DNA of 63,923 nucleotides, filler included, from Octopus bimaculoides (GCF_001194135.2; 4 parts of 4 records of this genome joined end to end with filler, not necessarily neighbours in it); one strand, 5' to 3'. Positions 25,256 to 39,045 are shown, counted from the whole stretch's first letter. Notes: a model not told the origin generated them from the letters alone. Numbers and translations are program-made.

Positions 25256-26214
25256 TTTGGAGCAGTAACTATTCAAATGATTCTAAAATCAATGAAAAAT
25301 TAAGAAACAAAAGATTATATACATACATNNNNNNNNNNNNNNNNNNNNNNNNNNNNNNNNNNNNNNNNNNNNNNNNNNNNNNNNNNNNNNNNNNNNNNNN
25401 NNNNNNNNNNNNNNNNNNNNNNNNNNNNNNNNNNNNNNNNNNNNNNNNNNNNNNNNNNNNNNNNNNNNNNNNNNNNNNNNNNNNNNNNNNNNNNNNNNNN
25501 NNNNNNNNNNNNNNNNNNNNNNNNNNNNNNNNNNNNNNNNNNNNNNNNNNNNNNNNNNNNNNNNNNNNNNNNNNNNNNNNNNNNNNNNNNNNNNNNNNNN
25601 NNNNNNNNNNNNNNNNNNNNNNNNNNNNNNNNNNNNNNNNNNNNNNNNNNNNNNNNNNNNNNNNNNNNNNNNNNNNNNNNNNNNNNNNNNNNNNNNNNNN
25701 NNNNNNNNNNNNNNNNNNNNNNNNNNNNNNNNNNNNNNNNNNNNNNNNNNNNNNNNNNNNNNNNNNNNNNNNNNNNNNNNNNNNNNNNNNNNNNNNNNNN
25801 NNNNNNNNNNNNNNNNNNNNNNNNNNNNNNNNNNNNNNNNNNNNNNNNNNNNNNNNNNNNNNNNNNNNNNNNNNNNNNNNNNNNNNNNNNNNNNNNNNNN
25901 NNNNNNNNNNNNNNNNNNNNNNNNNNNNNNNNNNNNNNNNNNNNNNNNNNNNNNNNNNNNNNNNNNNNNNNNNNNNNNNNNNNNNNNNNNNNNNNNNNNN
26001 NNNNNNNNNNNNNNNNNNNNNNNNNNNNNNNNNNNNNNNNNNNNNNNNNNNNNNNNNNNNNNNNNNNNNNNNNNNNNNNNNNNNNNNNNNNNNNNNNNNN
26101 NNNNNNNNNNNNNNNNNNNNNNNNNNNNNNNNNNNNNNNNNNNNNNNNNNNNNNNNNNNNNNNNNNNNNNATGGTGATTACTTGAATATCTTTCCTCAAT
26201 AGTTTACTCGGTCA

Positions 26215-26700
26215 GGAACGAAGGCTTCTGGGTGAATAACAGCATAGGAGCACTCCGTCGGTTACGACGACGAGGGTCCCAGCTGCTCTTGAAATTGACG
26301 TGCAAGCTTGCTCTTGAAATTAGCATGCAAGTGGCTGAGCACTCCACAGACACGTGTACCCTTAACGTAGTTCTCGGGGAGATTCAGCGTGACAGAGAGT
26401 GTGACAAGGCTGGCCCTTTGAAATACAGGTACTACTACTCATTTTTGCCAGCTGAGTGGACTGGAGCAACGTGAAATAAAGTCTTGCAATCATTGTCCAC
26501 GCCACCGATGTTACCCAAGGGAAAGGCAAAGGTCGATACAGCTTGGTACCAGTGACTTCGCAATTCATTTTTACAGCTGAGTGAACTGGAACAACATAAA
26601 ATAAAGTGTCTTGCTCAAGAACACAACACACACCTCAGTTCGGGAAGCGAAATTTTTTCCCACGACAGTTCCGGACCTCGCAAACTACTCATTTGCATAT
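26215..26700 (-). mobile_element. Two adjacent tRNA-SINEs sharing a central domain but with different 3' modules (families C/D)
   Basis: Shared tcattttt..cagctgagtg.actgga.caac.t.aaataaag..tcttg at about 26440 and 26565; first copy homologous to 60770-61010. Confidence 0.8.
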
Positions 26701-27026
26701 ATATAGCCAATTAGAACAGAGTCGCCATTAAAGTTTCTTCCTTTCTAGTCAGCACCTTGCATTCTTTACTCTTTCCCTCTCTTTTGGCAAACAACTTCTC
26801 CGTGTAGGTTAGTGTTTGTTTCTTTTTTCCATTGAGCATTGAGATGGCTGTGAGGTGTGCTAAAAATAACAGCTAAGTAAGATTTTTTGGATAAATCTTT
26901 TAAATTGAAGTTTATTTGCCAACATTGCGCTCAGAGATTTAAAACTAACTGTTTTTCTGTTTTAAATTAACATAAACATTTATTTACATGAAAGAAAATT
27001 ACCTTTCTGTTAAAAATTGTAATGTG

Positions 27027-27099
27027 TTTATCGCATGTAACGTGTGGTTTATCGCATGTAACGTGTGGTTTATCGCATGTAACGTGTGGCTTATCGCAT
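27027..27099. repeat. 21-bp tandem repeat, about 3.5 copies (tttatcgcatgtaacgtgtgg)
   Basis: Directly visible. Confidence 0.95.
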
Positions 27100-27828
27100 T
27101 TGCATTAAACACTGGTGGTTGTAAGCTGTGCTAAAAATTATTGCTAAATAAGATTTATTTACACGAAATAAAATTACCGGAGACATAACACGTTGTTTAC
27201 AAATACTCTTTTCTACTCGAGGCACAAGACCCGAAATTTTTGGGGATGGGACCAGTCGGTCAGATCGACCTCAGTACGATGATATTGGCATCGTGATTGT
27301 GAGCCCGTCACTCTAACCATTGAGCCATGTACTTTCACATGTATGCATATATACATACATACATACATACATACATACATACATACATACATACACACAC
27401 ATATGTACATATATATATATATATATACATATATATATTATAGATATTTATACATACATATATATATATATATAGTTTTAGGGAAAATAACCAATTTTCA
27501 AGAACTCATCGATGAAAATCCACTATCACATATAGAAAAATTAATAATTAAAAGCACAATAAATGAGTATAATATAAAGTAAATTATTCTAGTAGCTATA
27601 TTTTGTTTTTATTGGTAGGTTAATATTTTAGTAAGTTTAAGGTTTTATATTACAATGACACTACGATTTTGATAAGACTAAATCAATAGTAGTATTTTAG
27701 TTTATTTCATAATATTATTTAATTTACGACTATTAATATTTTTATTTATTTATTATATATTAGAATTTAATATTTATTAATATGTTTTATAAGATAACTA
27801 TAGTTTTTTGTTCTTTTTAAGTTGTTAG

Positions 27829-27928
27829 NNNNNNNNNNNNNNNNNNNNNNNNNNNNNNNNNNNNNNNNNNNNTTAATTAATTAANNNNNNNNNNNNNNNN
27901 NNNNNNNNNNNNNNNNNNNNNNNNNNNN
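27829..27928. other. Assembly spacer N44-TTAATTAATTAA-N44
   Basis: Exactly 100 bp; identical cassettes at 51678 and 61410; the 12-mer gives stops in all six frames. Confidence 0.95.
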
Positions 27929-27984
<56 letters not shown>

Positions 27985-28329
27985 CATATCTATATGTGTA
28001 TGTATGCATATTTTGGAAGTTACACGGATATTTTAATATCTCATATAGTAGGCACAGCACAATATACAACCGTACCAGTTATTTAAATATGGCGATGCTT
28101 TCCTAATTTCAAGGGAATTTCGAACTGGGTATTACTAATCTTTAATTGTCATACGTTTTACGCTTGAGACGTGACGCAAGCTTTATTGTGATATCGATAG
28201 GAGGAGAGATGATAACGCAATCTGGATTTGAACGCGAGACAAGTGGCGCCTGTATGGGGAAGGTGAGATAATAATTATCTCACTTGTAAACTATATTCCT
28301 AGTTAATCAGGTATTATTAAGCAGACAGG

Positions 28330-28800
28330 TATCTTTGTAACGACACTTGCACATTCTAGGAGTCACCAGCAAGTATGATCCGTATTATATAAACTTGGAG
28401 TAATTGAATGACTCGAAGATCCAATAACATTATTATGATGGCTTAACATTATTATTATTGCTAACAGTAGCAGGGTGGTTGCGGTCTATTTGGATGTGCT
28501 TTCAGGCATCATATTCAATTACATCAGACATAGAATATCAGCATCTTTTCAGGCACTAATGTTGAAAAATAGCCAACAGGCTTATCAAAAATGAATTATT
28601 AGCCGTATTAATACCAAAGCGTATTCGATATATCGTAACAGCAAGATTTGACTGGTATGCGGTGACCAGACGCCTACCACTGATGATTTCGAGTAGAGTG
28701 AAATCCCGTGATATGAGAATTCTGCTATGATCAATGTGTGTGATTTTATGCACCAAGCCACTTATATGAGAGATTCTTGCAAGGCTAATAATGCAGCATT
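28330..28800 (+). mobile_element. Heavily decayed LINE RT remnant, possibly CR1
   Basis: gtggttgcggtctatttggatgtg resembles the V.AVYLD..KAF motif; little else recognisable. Confidence 0.3.
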
Positions 28801-28880
28801 CGGTGTTCTAAAAGGACATCCATGTTAAGCTGGGTAGAAAGATTACCTTTTGGTATTAATACTGCTTCCCTCGCTGATAA

Positions 28881-28971
<91 letters not shown>

Positions 28972-30530
28972 TTCGGGTTACGCTAAGAAGCAGTCCATAA
29001 TACAGAATTTCGAAATCGAGTGAAATACGATAATAAACAACACCAAATCGTTGTTAGGGTATCCACGTAAGTAGAGTATGGGCCGGCTAGTTTGTACTGG
29101 CATCGAGTTGCAACAATGGAAGTTGGAATAATGGAGTCAAACAAAATAGCAATATTTCGAAATCATTTCACACGTACGTTTCAAGTCTACATGATAAATA
29201 ATAGAAAATGCATCCATTACGTAAGACCTTACTCAGTTAAAGCATTTGGAAAAAACATTTATAGAAGTGAGAGAGAAAATCATATATAAAGTAAGAGAGA
29301 AAATCGGATGACTAGTTTACTAGAATTGAACCTACCAGCATTTTTTCAAAATCATGCACTCAATAGACTGGAATTAACAAAATTTCTTAAGACACATTTT
29401 AGTTCTGGTTTATTGAGAAGAAAATGCATCAAGCATCCACTTCTTGCTTCTTGAATCTGAAGCTAACTACGGTATTTAATTCATACACACGTTTGATTAA
29501 TTGCAGTTATATATGTATATGAAAATAAAATAAAATAATTGCCATAATCTTTATCACAGTAAATTTTGCTCGCATTTACAATAATATATGAAGTTTATTG
29601 TTTGTTGAAAAGAAGTTCATGTATAGAAGATCTATAGGTTATTAAACGAGATGTACTCATTTCAAGAAAATATTTGTATATATGTACAATAGTGGGTTAT
29701 TTTCAAGTTTATATGTTTTAAATCTAAGAAAATTATGTAGTCCTATATTGGCTAAATGACTGTCTTATGATAAATTGTTATAGACAATCTTCTCAATTTT
29801 ATGCTATATTTTAATCTTAAATTCATATTTCATTTTCTGTTCATGTAATGAAATTTAACTTCGCAGTCAGACGTTTTTCTATTCAATTTCAGTCGTAGTT
29901 AAAGTTTACAGAAAAATACGGTAACATTCATGCATTGAAATCTATTTGTCTGCAACATGAATCCCATTGAGTGATATGTTAATTGAACTTTCTATCCACC
30001 CAAAGCAGCCCTCAAAAACTATTCCAGAACAGGTATGGAGCAGAGAAATTATAACACCAAAAAGAAAGTAATTTCCAGAAGGGAAAATATAAAAGATAAA
30101 AACATAAAATGAAATATAAAGAAATGTTTCCGTTCACAAATCTTCTTGAAATCTCTTTGATGTTCCCTACCTTTCTAGTCCGTCTCACTGGGATAAATCT
30201 TAATTAACTGATCATTGCCCCAAACGTTTCACATTGCTAAATCTTAATTAAATACAAACACATTGACAACGTCAACTCTGTCAGTTTTAATAATTACTAC
30301 AGGTGTCAGTTAATAAAACTGTAGGAGAAAGAGTTAAAAGCTGTGGAGATAGTAACAAGGGAAGGAATGGGAGGAAAGAGGAAAAAAGAAAAGAACAAAA
30401 GGACAGATAAACTATGAAAAAAGATGAGGAAGTGTAAAAGGGAGAGGGGGGGAGAGAAAGCGAAGGACATAAAAGAAGAGAAAGGAGGAAAAAGTGAAGT
30501 AACAAAAATAGATGAAACGAGAACAAGTGA

Positions 30531-30594
<64 letters not shown>

Positions 30595-31769
30595 CACCTA
30601 TTTATTTATTCATCTATCGATTGATGTATCTGTATAAACACACATACGCAGATATGGAAACAAAAAGGTACCCACAGACATACACACATAATAATCTTCA
30701 TGTGTATAAATACTTCGACTGAGAATATTTCTTCGTGCAAAGCAATTTAGCGAAAGGATTCAATAATAATAATAATAATAATAGTAATAAGCTATGCAAT
30801 TTACTGCAATGATTCTCATAGTCATGTTTAGATGCAGTTTAAACGAAAGAACGATTAAAAATAAACTCGAGACACATATTTAAAACATCTTCAATATTGT
30901 CCAGTGTCACATGATGTGTTTTTGGCATCAGGGCACAGCAGTGTATATGTTGATGAGTTTGTTAGTGATCCTAAACCTTTCAAAAGTTCTGGTGTTTTAT
31001 AACGACAGAAGATACAACAGATATACCACGAACAATTTGCCAAAGATATGCCGAGTAAATTCCTTTGTTAGGATGCTCAAATTTGCAGATGTCTAGATTA
31101 AGAAACTAAATTCAAGACTATCATGGAAGAATGAAATATAGAATAATGCAACATGATATAATATAATATAATATAATATAATATAATATAATATATTATA
31201 ATATAATATAATATATATATGATATAATATAATATAAAATCATGCGATATGAAATAATATAATACACACGTGCATGTATGAATCCACCCATACAGATATA
31301 CAGGTCAGATAATGTTGTTTGGGATAAACAAGAAAAAGTATGTGCAGTTGTGTTCGAAGTTCAAAGAGGATAATTACGAACAACTCCTTAGAAACCTACA
31401 ACTACTATAACTAGATTATGATTTCTTGTTTATACTAATGCCCTTGGTTTTGTTAGTAAATGTCAAAGGGCCAATCTGAGAAAGTTAGGGTTTTCAGGAA
31501 AAGAAATCAACCAGCATTATACATGCAATCTGTAAGCGGAACAGTTAAAATATGCAAAATTTTCTCAAGTTTGAAATGTAACATTGTGTTTCTTATCTAC
31601 GTTCCAACAATTGAGCTTCTTTCTAACAGGAAAGCCTCAAATAATCAGAAATATTGGAAAAAAAAACGTACATACACACATGCCGATATCCGTACACATA
31701 CATACACATATGTGTGTTTATACACATATGTACGAAGGTATACACATATAAACATACATACGTGCATGG

Positions 31770-31805
<36 letters not shown>

Positions 31806-31834
31806 GTTTCGCAAGGAAAAATATATGGAAATAT

Positions 31835-32025
31835 TGGCACAAGGCCAGCAATTTCGGGGGAGGGTACTTCACTACTCGATTACATCGACCCCAGTTCTCA
31901 AAACCGAAAGGATGAAAAGCAAAGTCAACCTCAGCGGAATTTGAACTCAGAACGTTAAGATGGACTAAATGCCGCTAAGCATCTTGCCAGGCATGCTAAC
32001 GTTTCTGCCAACTCTCCGCTTTAAT
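31835..32025 (-). mobile_element. Family A SINE
   Basis: ggcacaaggccagcaatttcgggg..aaagtcaacctcagcggaatttgaactcagaacg. Confidence 0.88.
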
Positions 32026-32696
32026 ATATGGAAATATTGATATATGTAACAATATAAATTTAAATTCCAAAACATTACAATCCGATTGCAGTGGTTCACA
32101 TGATTTGATTCGACGCCTTAAGCTCTGGGTTCAAATAAACCTTGCCCTACTTGGGCGGTAGACTTACTTCATCCTCTTACTTCACTACCTGGGACTTCGG
32201 GAGGTTTTAACGGAGTTCCCTTTATTGCAAGCCTCTCATTATTGCAGGCCTACCAGCTTGAGAATCCTTTCCTCCCTTCTTTACCCCTATTTTAAAAGTC
32301 CTCTAAGGAATCAAGAGAAGGACTTCCCTCGTTACCAAAAGATATATATATACACATACAATAACACAGACACACGTATATACATATATATACGCATACA
32401 AATACAGTGTACATTTAAACACATGAGGTAACCATCATAGGACACCTGGCACGCTAAAAAGAATAGCCAAAATCCACACCACTATTAGGGATAAATTTCG
32501 AAGGGAATGAAAAATAAAAACATTTACCATCTATCTCCTGGACCATGGTTTCTGACTATATATTAGCATATAAAATAATTTGCTAGGCGGAGTCTTCATC
32601 AACAGTTACGCCAAGATTAAACATATAAATACGAGGCAATCCAGCATGTGCCCCGTTCATACATACACACATACATATATATACATACGTACATAC

Positions 32697-32731
<35 letters not shown>

Positions 32732-32888
32732 TGTATATACATACATACATATATGTACGTACGTACGTATGTATGTATGTATGTATGTATGTATGTATTC
32801 TTTTATTCGTTTATATGTTTGAAGCGTGTGGCAGTGGTCACATCTATCTATCTACCTATCTATATATCTCTCTCTCTTTGTCTCTCTT

Positions 32889-32962
<74 letters not shown>

Positions 32963-33315
32963 AAAACTGTTCAGTAACACTCACCAGTTCTTGTTCACAC
33001 TGTCCATTCCTCATAGCTTACCAACGTAGTTCATAGAACAACCTCGTCCTCATTAGTTTGATATATATACCGGATTGCTTATCTATGTTCGAAAACCAGC
33101 TAAGCAACTGTAAACTTCAAAGATTAGTCACATGTTTTTATGACGATATATCATGTTTTTTTGTAATATAGAGGCAATAAATATACGGAAATTATATTTA
33201 GAATATATTGTAGTAGTAATATATCAAAATTGTGATGTATGTTTGGAAATATCGTAATCAAATGTCTCAAATAGGTAGATATAATATGAAATAACTTGTA
33301 AGTTTATCTTTGCAG

Positions 33316-33385
33316 ATTTTCCTCAGAATTTAGAGCGAGTACGGAAATTTACGAGATTTCGATGCGATCGAAGACAGAAAAATAG
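33316..33385 (+). CDS. Candidate 70-nt internal exon
   Basis: ttatctttgcag| acceptor, AG|gtaatg donor, CpG-rich island in AT-rich flanks; open phase 1 frame FPQNLERVRKFTRFRCDRRQKN. Confidence 0.3.
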
Positions 33386-34159
33386 GTAATGGGTATATAT
33401 ACATATTTCAAGAATTATTGCTCCTTCTTCGGCACCACATCCAACCCATTAACTATCCACGAATACATTACTTAAAATTTAAGCCTTAAATAACTACGTG
33501 CACATAGACAATAAATCATTATTTGCAGGATAAAGTGCTCATATATCTTTTACTTTGTTTCAATCATTGCACTGAAGTCATTCATTTCCTTGAATGAATA
33601 TTTACTATATATTTCATAGTTTGCTCTCCAAGCTTCATATATAGACATGTGGTTTAGAAAATTACTCTGCAAGCAGAGTATAGATATCAAAAGTAAGCTA
33701 TCCAGCTAGGTGTTAGCCGAATGTTATATGCTATCGATTTGGGAAAGAAACCGAGTAAGTCTTCTCTAAGGAACCGTCAACTAATCGTGAAAAATGAGAC
33801 TCAGTCGTTTTCTTCCGCACATCAACAGCATAAAAAGAATGTGCTTGCATTATTAATTCATACAAAGGTGCATACCCAATCAGTATTAATGCTTAGGTAA
33901 ATTTCTTTGTATGATTTTCTGAATATGTTACGCATGAAATAAATAAATACATACGTATGTGTGAGAGATGTCTTTGCATAATACTAGAGCTAACATAAAA
34001 ATAACCATTTCTTTTAACAATTGTTTTTAATTTAGACTATAAATTTGAGAAAAGTGGACTTGAGCTCAGAAACAACCGGCAGAAATATTACAAAGTATTT
34101 ACGGTGAGTGTCTAATGACTCTACCAATCCACCGTCCCCTGTCATTTCTTTCAATAATA

Positions 34160-34419
34160 TTAATAAAACAATATTAATAGAATAATAATTTTAACAACAG
34201 CTGGTACAATAGTAGCAGAGCTGGAAATGTTGGTGTAGCCACGATAGCAGTGAATTAAGAGAGATGATGGCGAGGAGGAGAAAGAGTTGGTCTTGATGAA
34301 TGACAGTATTTGTAAGTGGAAGGGTGTGATGGTGTTGGCGTCAATCATTAATAATTTGGACGTTGGGACGGGTGGATCGAGTATTTCCTGTTTGCAAATG
34401 TTGAGGCGATGCTGATGTA
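34160..34419 (-). CDS. Candidate terminal exon ending in a hydrophobic tail (..SSSATIVPAVVKIIILLILFY*)
   Basis: ctgtctctacag| acceptor, 85 open codons in phase 1, both other frames close early. Confidence 0.3.
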
Positions 34420-34881
34420 CTGTAGAGACAGGCTCAGGTTAACCAAGTTCCCCTGTAAACGCGGCTAAGGTGTTTTAAAGAACTTTTTGCCAGAACTAAT
34501 TAACCCCCAAGTAAACGGTGGCTGTTTGGTCAAACTTTACCTGTAGATCTAGCTTTTATAAAAAGTGTATTTCAGAACGACCTTCTCTTTACTTAGCCGT
34601 TAGATAGCTATACGAACGACAGACCACACAAATTTTGGTGGTATTAAAATTTAAACCAAATATATACACAGACACATACACACACACACTCTCACACATA
34701 CATACATACATACATACATACAAAAATACATACATACATACATACATGTACACACATATACATAGATACATACATATATGTATGTGTATGTATATATATA
34801 TATATATACACCTGCATACACATACGTGGAGCTGGCAAAGTAGTAAACACATTATATACTTAATCTAATTTATAAAATATG

Positions 34882-34882
34882 A

Positions 34883-34955
<73 letters not shown>

Positions 34956-34960
34956 CATCC

Positions 34961-35022
<62 letters not shown>
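34882..35022. repeat. (TATC)n microsatellite
   Basis: Directly visible; similar runs at 28881-28971, 30532-30590 and 51587-51677. Confidence 0.97.
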
Positions 35023-36779
35023 NNNNNNNNNNNNNNNNNNNNNNNNNNNNNNNNNNNNNNNNNNNNNNNNNNNNNNNNNNNNNNNNNNNNNNNNNNNNNN
35101 NNNNNNNNNNNNNNNNNNNNNNNNNNNNNNNNNNNNNNNNNNNNNNNNNNNNNNNNNNNNNNNNNNNNNNNNNNNNNNNNNNNNNNNNNNNNNNNNNNNN
35201 NNNNNNNNNNNNNNNNNNNNNNNNNNNNNNNNNNNNNNNNNNNNNNNNNNNNNNNNNNNNNNNNNNNNNNNNNNNNNNNNNNNNNNNNNNNNNNNNNNNN
35301 NNNNNNNNNNNNNNNNNNNNNNNNNNNNNNNNNNNNNNNNNNNNNNNNNNNNNNNNNNNNNNNNNNNNNNNNNNNNNNNNNNNNNNNNNNNNNNNNNNNN
35401 NNNNNNNNNNNNNNNNNNNNNNNNNNNNNNNNNNNNNNNNNNNNNNNNNNNNNNNNNNNNNNNNNNNNNNNNNNNNNNNNNNNNNNNNNNNNNNNNNNNN
35501 NNNNNNNNNNNNNNNNNNNNNNNNNNNNNNNNNNNNNNNNNNNNNNNNNNNNNNNNNNNNNNNNNNNNNNNNNNNNNNNNNNNNNNNNNNATATGTATGT
35601 ATGTATGTATGTATGTATATATGTGTGTGTGTGTGTGTAATGTCTGTTTGTCTGTCTGTCTCTCTCTGTCTCTTACACAAACACACATACATATTCACGC
35701 ACACAGATATTAACACGTTTATATACGCGCTCTAACACAAGCATATACATACACAGTTGGAAACCCCCGTATTTTAATGAAGACTTCTTAAGTACACATG
35801 TAAACACTGACATGAAATAAATGTACGGAAAAACTATCCCTGACTTAAAATAGACACACACACACACGCACACGCACATACACATACACGCACGGACACA
35901 CGCACACTCGCACATGCACACTAACAAGCAAACACACACACACGTACATGTATATATGCATGTATATATGAATATATATATATATATATANNNNNNNNNN
36001 NNNNNNNNNNNNNNNNNNNNNNNNNNNNNNNNNNNNNNNNNNNNNNNNNNNNNNNNNNNNNNNNNNNNNNNNNNNNNNNNNNNNNNNNNNNNNNNNNNNN
36101 NNNNNNNNNNNNNNNNNNNNNNNNNNNNNNNNNNNNNNNNNNNNNNNNNNNNNNNNNNNNNNNNNNNNNNNNNNNNNNNNNNNNNNNNNNNNNNNNNNNN
36201 NNNNNNNNNNNNNNNNNNNNNNNNNNNNNNNNNNNNNNNNNNNNNNNNNNNNNNNNNNNNNNNNNNNNNNNNNNNNNNNNNNNNNNNNNNNNNNNNNNNN
36301 NNNNNNNNNNNNNNNNNNNNNNNNNNNNNNNNNNNNNNNNNNNNNNNNNNNNNNNNNNNNNNNNNNNNNNNNNNNNNNNNNNNNNNNNNNNNNNNNNNNN
36401 NNNNNNNNNNNNNNNNNNNNNNNNNNNNNNNNNNNNNNNNNNNNNNNNNNNNNNNNNNNNNNNNNNNNNNNNNNNNNNNNNNNNNNNNNNNNNNNNNNNN
36501 NNNNNNNNNNNNNNNNNNNNNNNNNNNNNNNNNNNNNNNNNNNNNNNNNNNNNNNNNNNNNNNNNNNNNNNNNNNNNNNNNNNNNNNNNNNNNNNNNNNN
36601 NNNNNNNNNNNNNNNNNNNNNNNNNNNNNNNNNNNNNNNNNNNNNNNNNNNNNNNNNNNNNNNNNNNNNNNNNNNNNNNNNNNNNNNNNNNNNNNNNNNN
36701 NNNNNNNNNNNNNNNNNNNNNNNNNNNNNNNNNNNNNNNNNNNNNNNNNNNNNNNNNNATATATATATGCGCGCGTGTG

Positions 36780-37005
36780 TGTATGTGTTTGTGTGTCTGC
36801 GTTTGTCCTCCCAACATCGCTTGACAATCGATGCTGGTGTGTTTACGTTCCCGTATCGTAGCGGTTCGACAAAAGAACCCGATAGAATAAGTACTAGGTT
36901 AAGAAAGAATAAGTCCTGGGGTCGATTTACTCGCCTAAAGGCAGTGCTCCAACATGGCCACAATAAAATGACTGAGACAAATGAAAGAATAAAGGAATAA
37001 AAGAA
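36780..37005 (+). mobile_element. Family B SINE, 3' half
   Basis: catcgcttgacaa..gtagcggttcgacaaaaga..ccgatagaataagtactagg.. Confidence 0.88.
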
Positions 37006-37040
37006 CACACACACACACACACATAGGAAATAGTAGCAGA

Positions 37041-37327
37041 AAGTACCAATTATTGCTGGAAATAGCAGTCGATGACAGTTCGACGTTAGGTAAAGCTTCA
37101 CTGAATGTATAGAGGCAAAGATGTGTACAGGCGGTGAGTATAAACATTTTCGCCTTACCTCTAGGAAGAACGTCAGGTTGTCCATTTCTCTGTCGTTCTT
37201 TCTAAAGGATAGACTCAAATTTTTTATATTCACCGGCCGCACACATCTTTGTTTCGATACATTTAGTGAAGCAGTACCTAGCATCGAACGGTTATCGACT
37301 GCTATTTCCAGCAAAAATAGGTACCTT
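37041..37327. mobile_element. MITE-like element with long imperfect TIRs (about 108 bp)
   Basis: 37041-37149 vs reverse complement of 37218-37327, about 17 mismatches by manual alignment; 68-nt spacer; no TSD seen. Confidence 0.8.
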
Positions 37328-37475
37328 GTTGTGCCACAATTTCCTACTTATAATTCTACATTTACAGGGTTTTATTTCGCTGGAAAATAATATTATTGTA
37401 TTGTAATATATATATATATATATAAGCCCATGCGCGTGCACACACACGCACGCATGCACGGACACACGCACGCGC

Positions 37476-37539
<64 letters not shown>

Positions 37540-38539
37540 NNNNNNNNNNNNNNNNNNNNNNNNNNNNNNNNNNNNNNNNNNNNNNNNNNNNNNNNNNNNN
37601 NNNNNNNNNNNNNNNNNNNNNNNNNNNNNNNNNNNNNNNNNNNNNNNNNNNNNNNNNNNNNNNNNNNNNNNNNNNNNNNNNNNNNNNNNNNNNNNNNNNN
37701 NNNNNNNNNNNNNNNNNNNNNNNNNNNNNNNNNNNNNNNNNNNNNNNNNNNNNNNNNNNNNNNNNNNNNNNNNNNNNNNNNNNNNNNNNNNNNNNNNNNN
37801 NNNNNNNNNNNNNNNNNNNNNNNNNNNNNNNNNNNNNNNNNNNNNNNNNNNNNNNNNNNNNNNNNNNNNNNNNNNNNNNNNNNNNNNNNNNNNNNNNNNN
37901 NNNNNNNNNNNNNNNNNNNNNNNNNNNNNNNNNNNNNNNNNNNNNNNNNNNNNNNNNNNNNNNNNNNNNNNNNNNNNNNNNNNNNNNNNNNNNNNNNNNN
38001 NNNNNNNNNNNNNNNNNNNNNNNNNNNNNNNNNNNNNNNNNNNNNNNNNNNNNNNNNNNNNNNNNNNNNNNNNNNNNNNNNNNNNNNNNNNNNNNNNNNN
38101 NNNNNNNNNNNNNNNNNNNNNNNNNNNNNNNNNNNNNNNNNNNNNNNNNNNNNNNNNNNNNNNNNNNNNNNNNNNNNNNNNNNNNNNNNNNNNNNNNNNN
38201 NNNNNNNNNNNNNNNNNNNNNNNNNNNNNNNNNNNNNNNNNNNNNNNNNNNNNNNNNNNNNNNNNNNNNNNNNNNNNNNNNNNNNNNNNNNNNNNNNNNN
38301 NNNNNNNNNNNNNNNNNNNNNNNNNNNNNNNNNNNNNNNNNNNNNNNNNNNNNNNNNNNNNNNNNNNNNNNNNNNNNNNNNNNNNNNNNNNNNNNNNNNN
38401 NNNNNNNNNNNNNNNNNNNNNNNNNNNNNNNNNNNNNNNNNNNNNNNNNNNNNNNNNNNNNNNNNNNNNNNNNNNNNNNNNNNNNNNNNNNNNNNNNNNN
38501 NNNNNNNNNNNNNNNNNNNNNNNNNNNNNNNNNNNNNNN

Positions 38540-39045
38540 AGGATACTATGTCTTGGAAATCCGCCGGCCCAATGATTTCCCTTCATGGCAAAATCAATAG
38601 TCAAGATTATTTAAGCATTTTATCTGATCAAATTGATCCTATGCTTGCGGATCTGTTCTCGAAGGGAAACAATCTTTCAGGAGGATAATGCATCAATTCA
38701 CACAGCTAAAGTTGTTACTGAATGGTACGAGGAACATTCTAGTGACGTTGAACATCTTATCTGTCCACCACAGTCTCCAGATCTCAATATCATTGAACAT
38801 TTATGGTGCATTTTAGAATGACAAGTAAGGAGTCGATATCCTCCACCATCATCACTACAAGAACTGGAGACTGTTTTAACTGAATAATGGACAAAAATTA
38901 CTTTGGAAACAATTGAAAGTCTGTACGAGCCCATAGCTCGTACAATTCAAGCTGTAATTACAGCCAAAGGCACTCCTACCCCATATTAAAATAAATTTGT
39001 TTGAAATTTTAAGGTGCTTCCATTACTTTGTTCCACTCCTCTATA
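38540..39045 (+). mobile_element. Tc1-like transposon, 3' part, DD36E spacing
   Basis: FQEDNASIHTAK..PPQSPDLNIIEHLW, continuing with stops to AVITAKGTPTPY*; 5' part lost in the gap. Confidence 0.9.

Noticed and set aside
27873-27884. Recurring TTAATTAATTAA palindrome (also at 51722 and 61454) as a biological motif
   Set aside because: Always centred in an exact N44-12-N44 cassette, so it is an assembly linker
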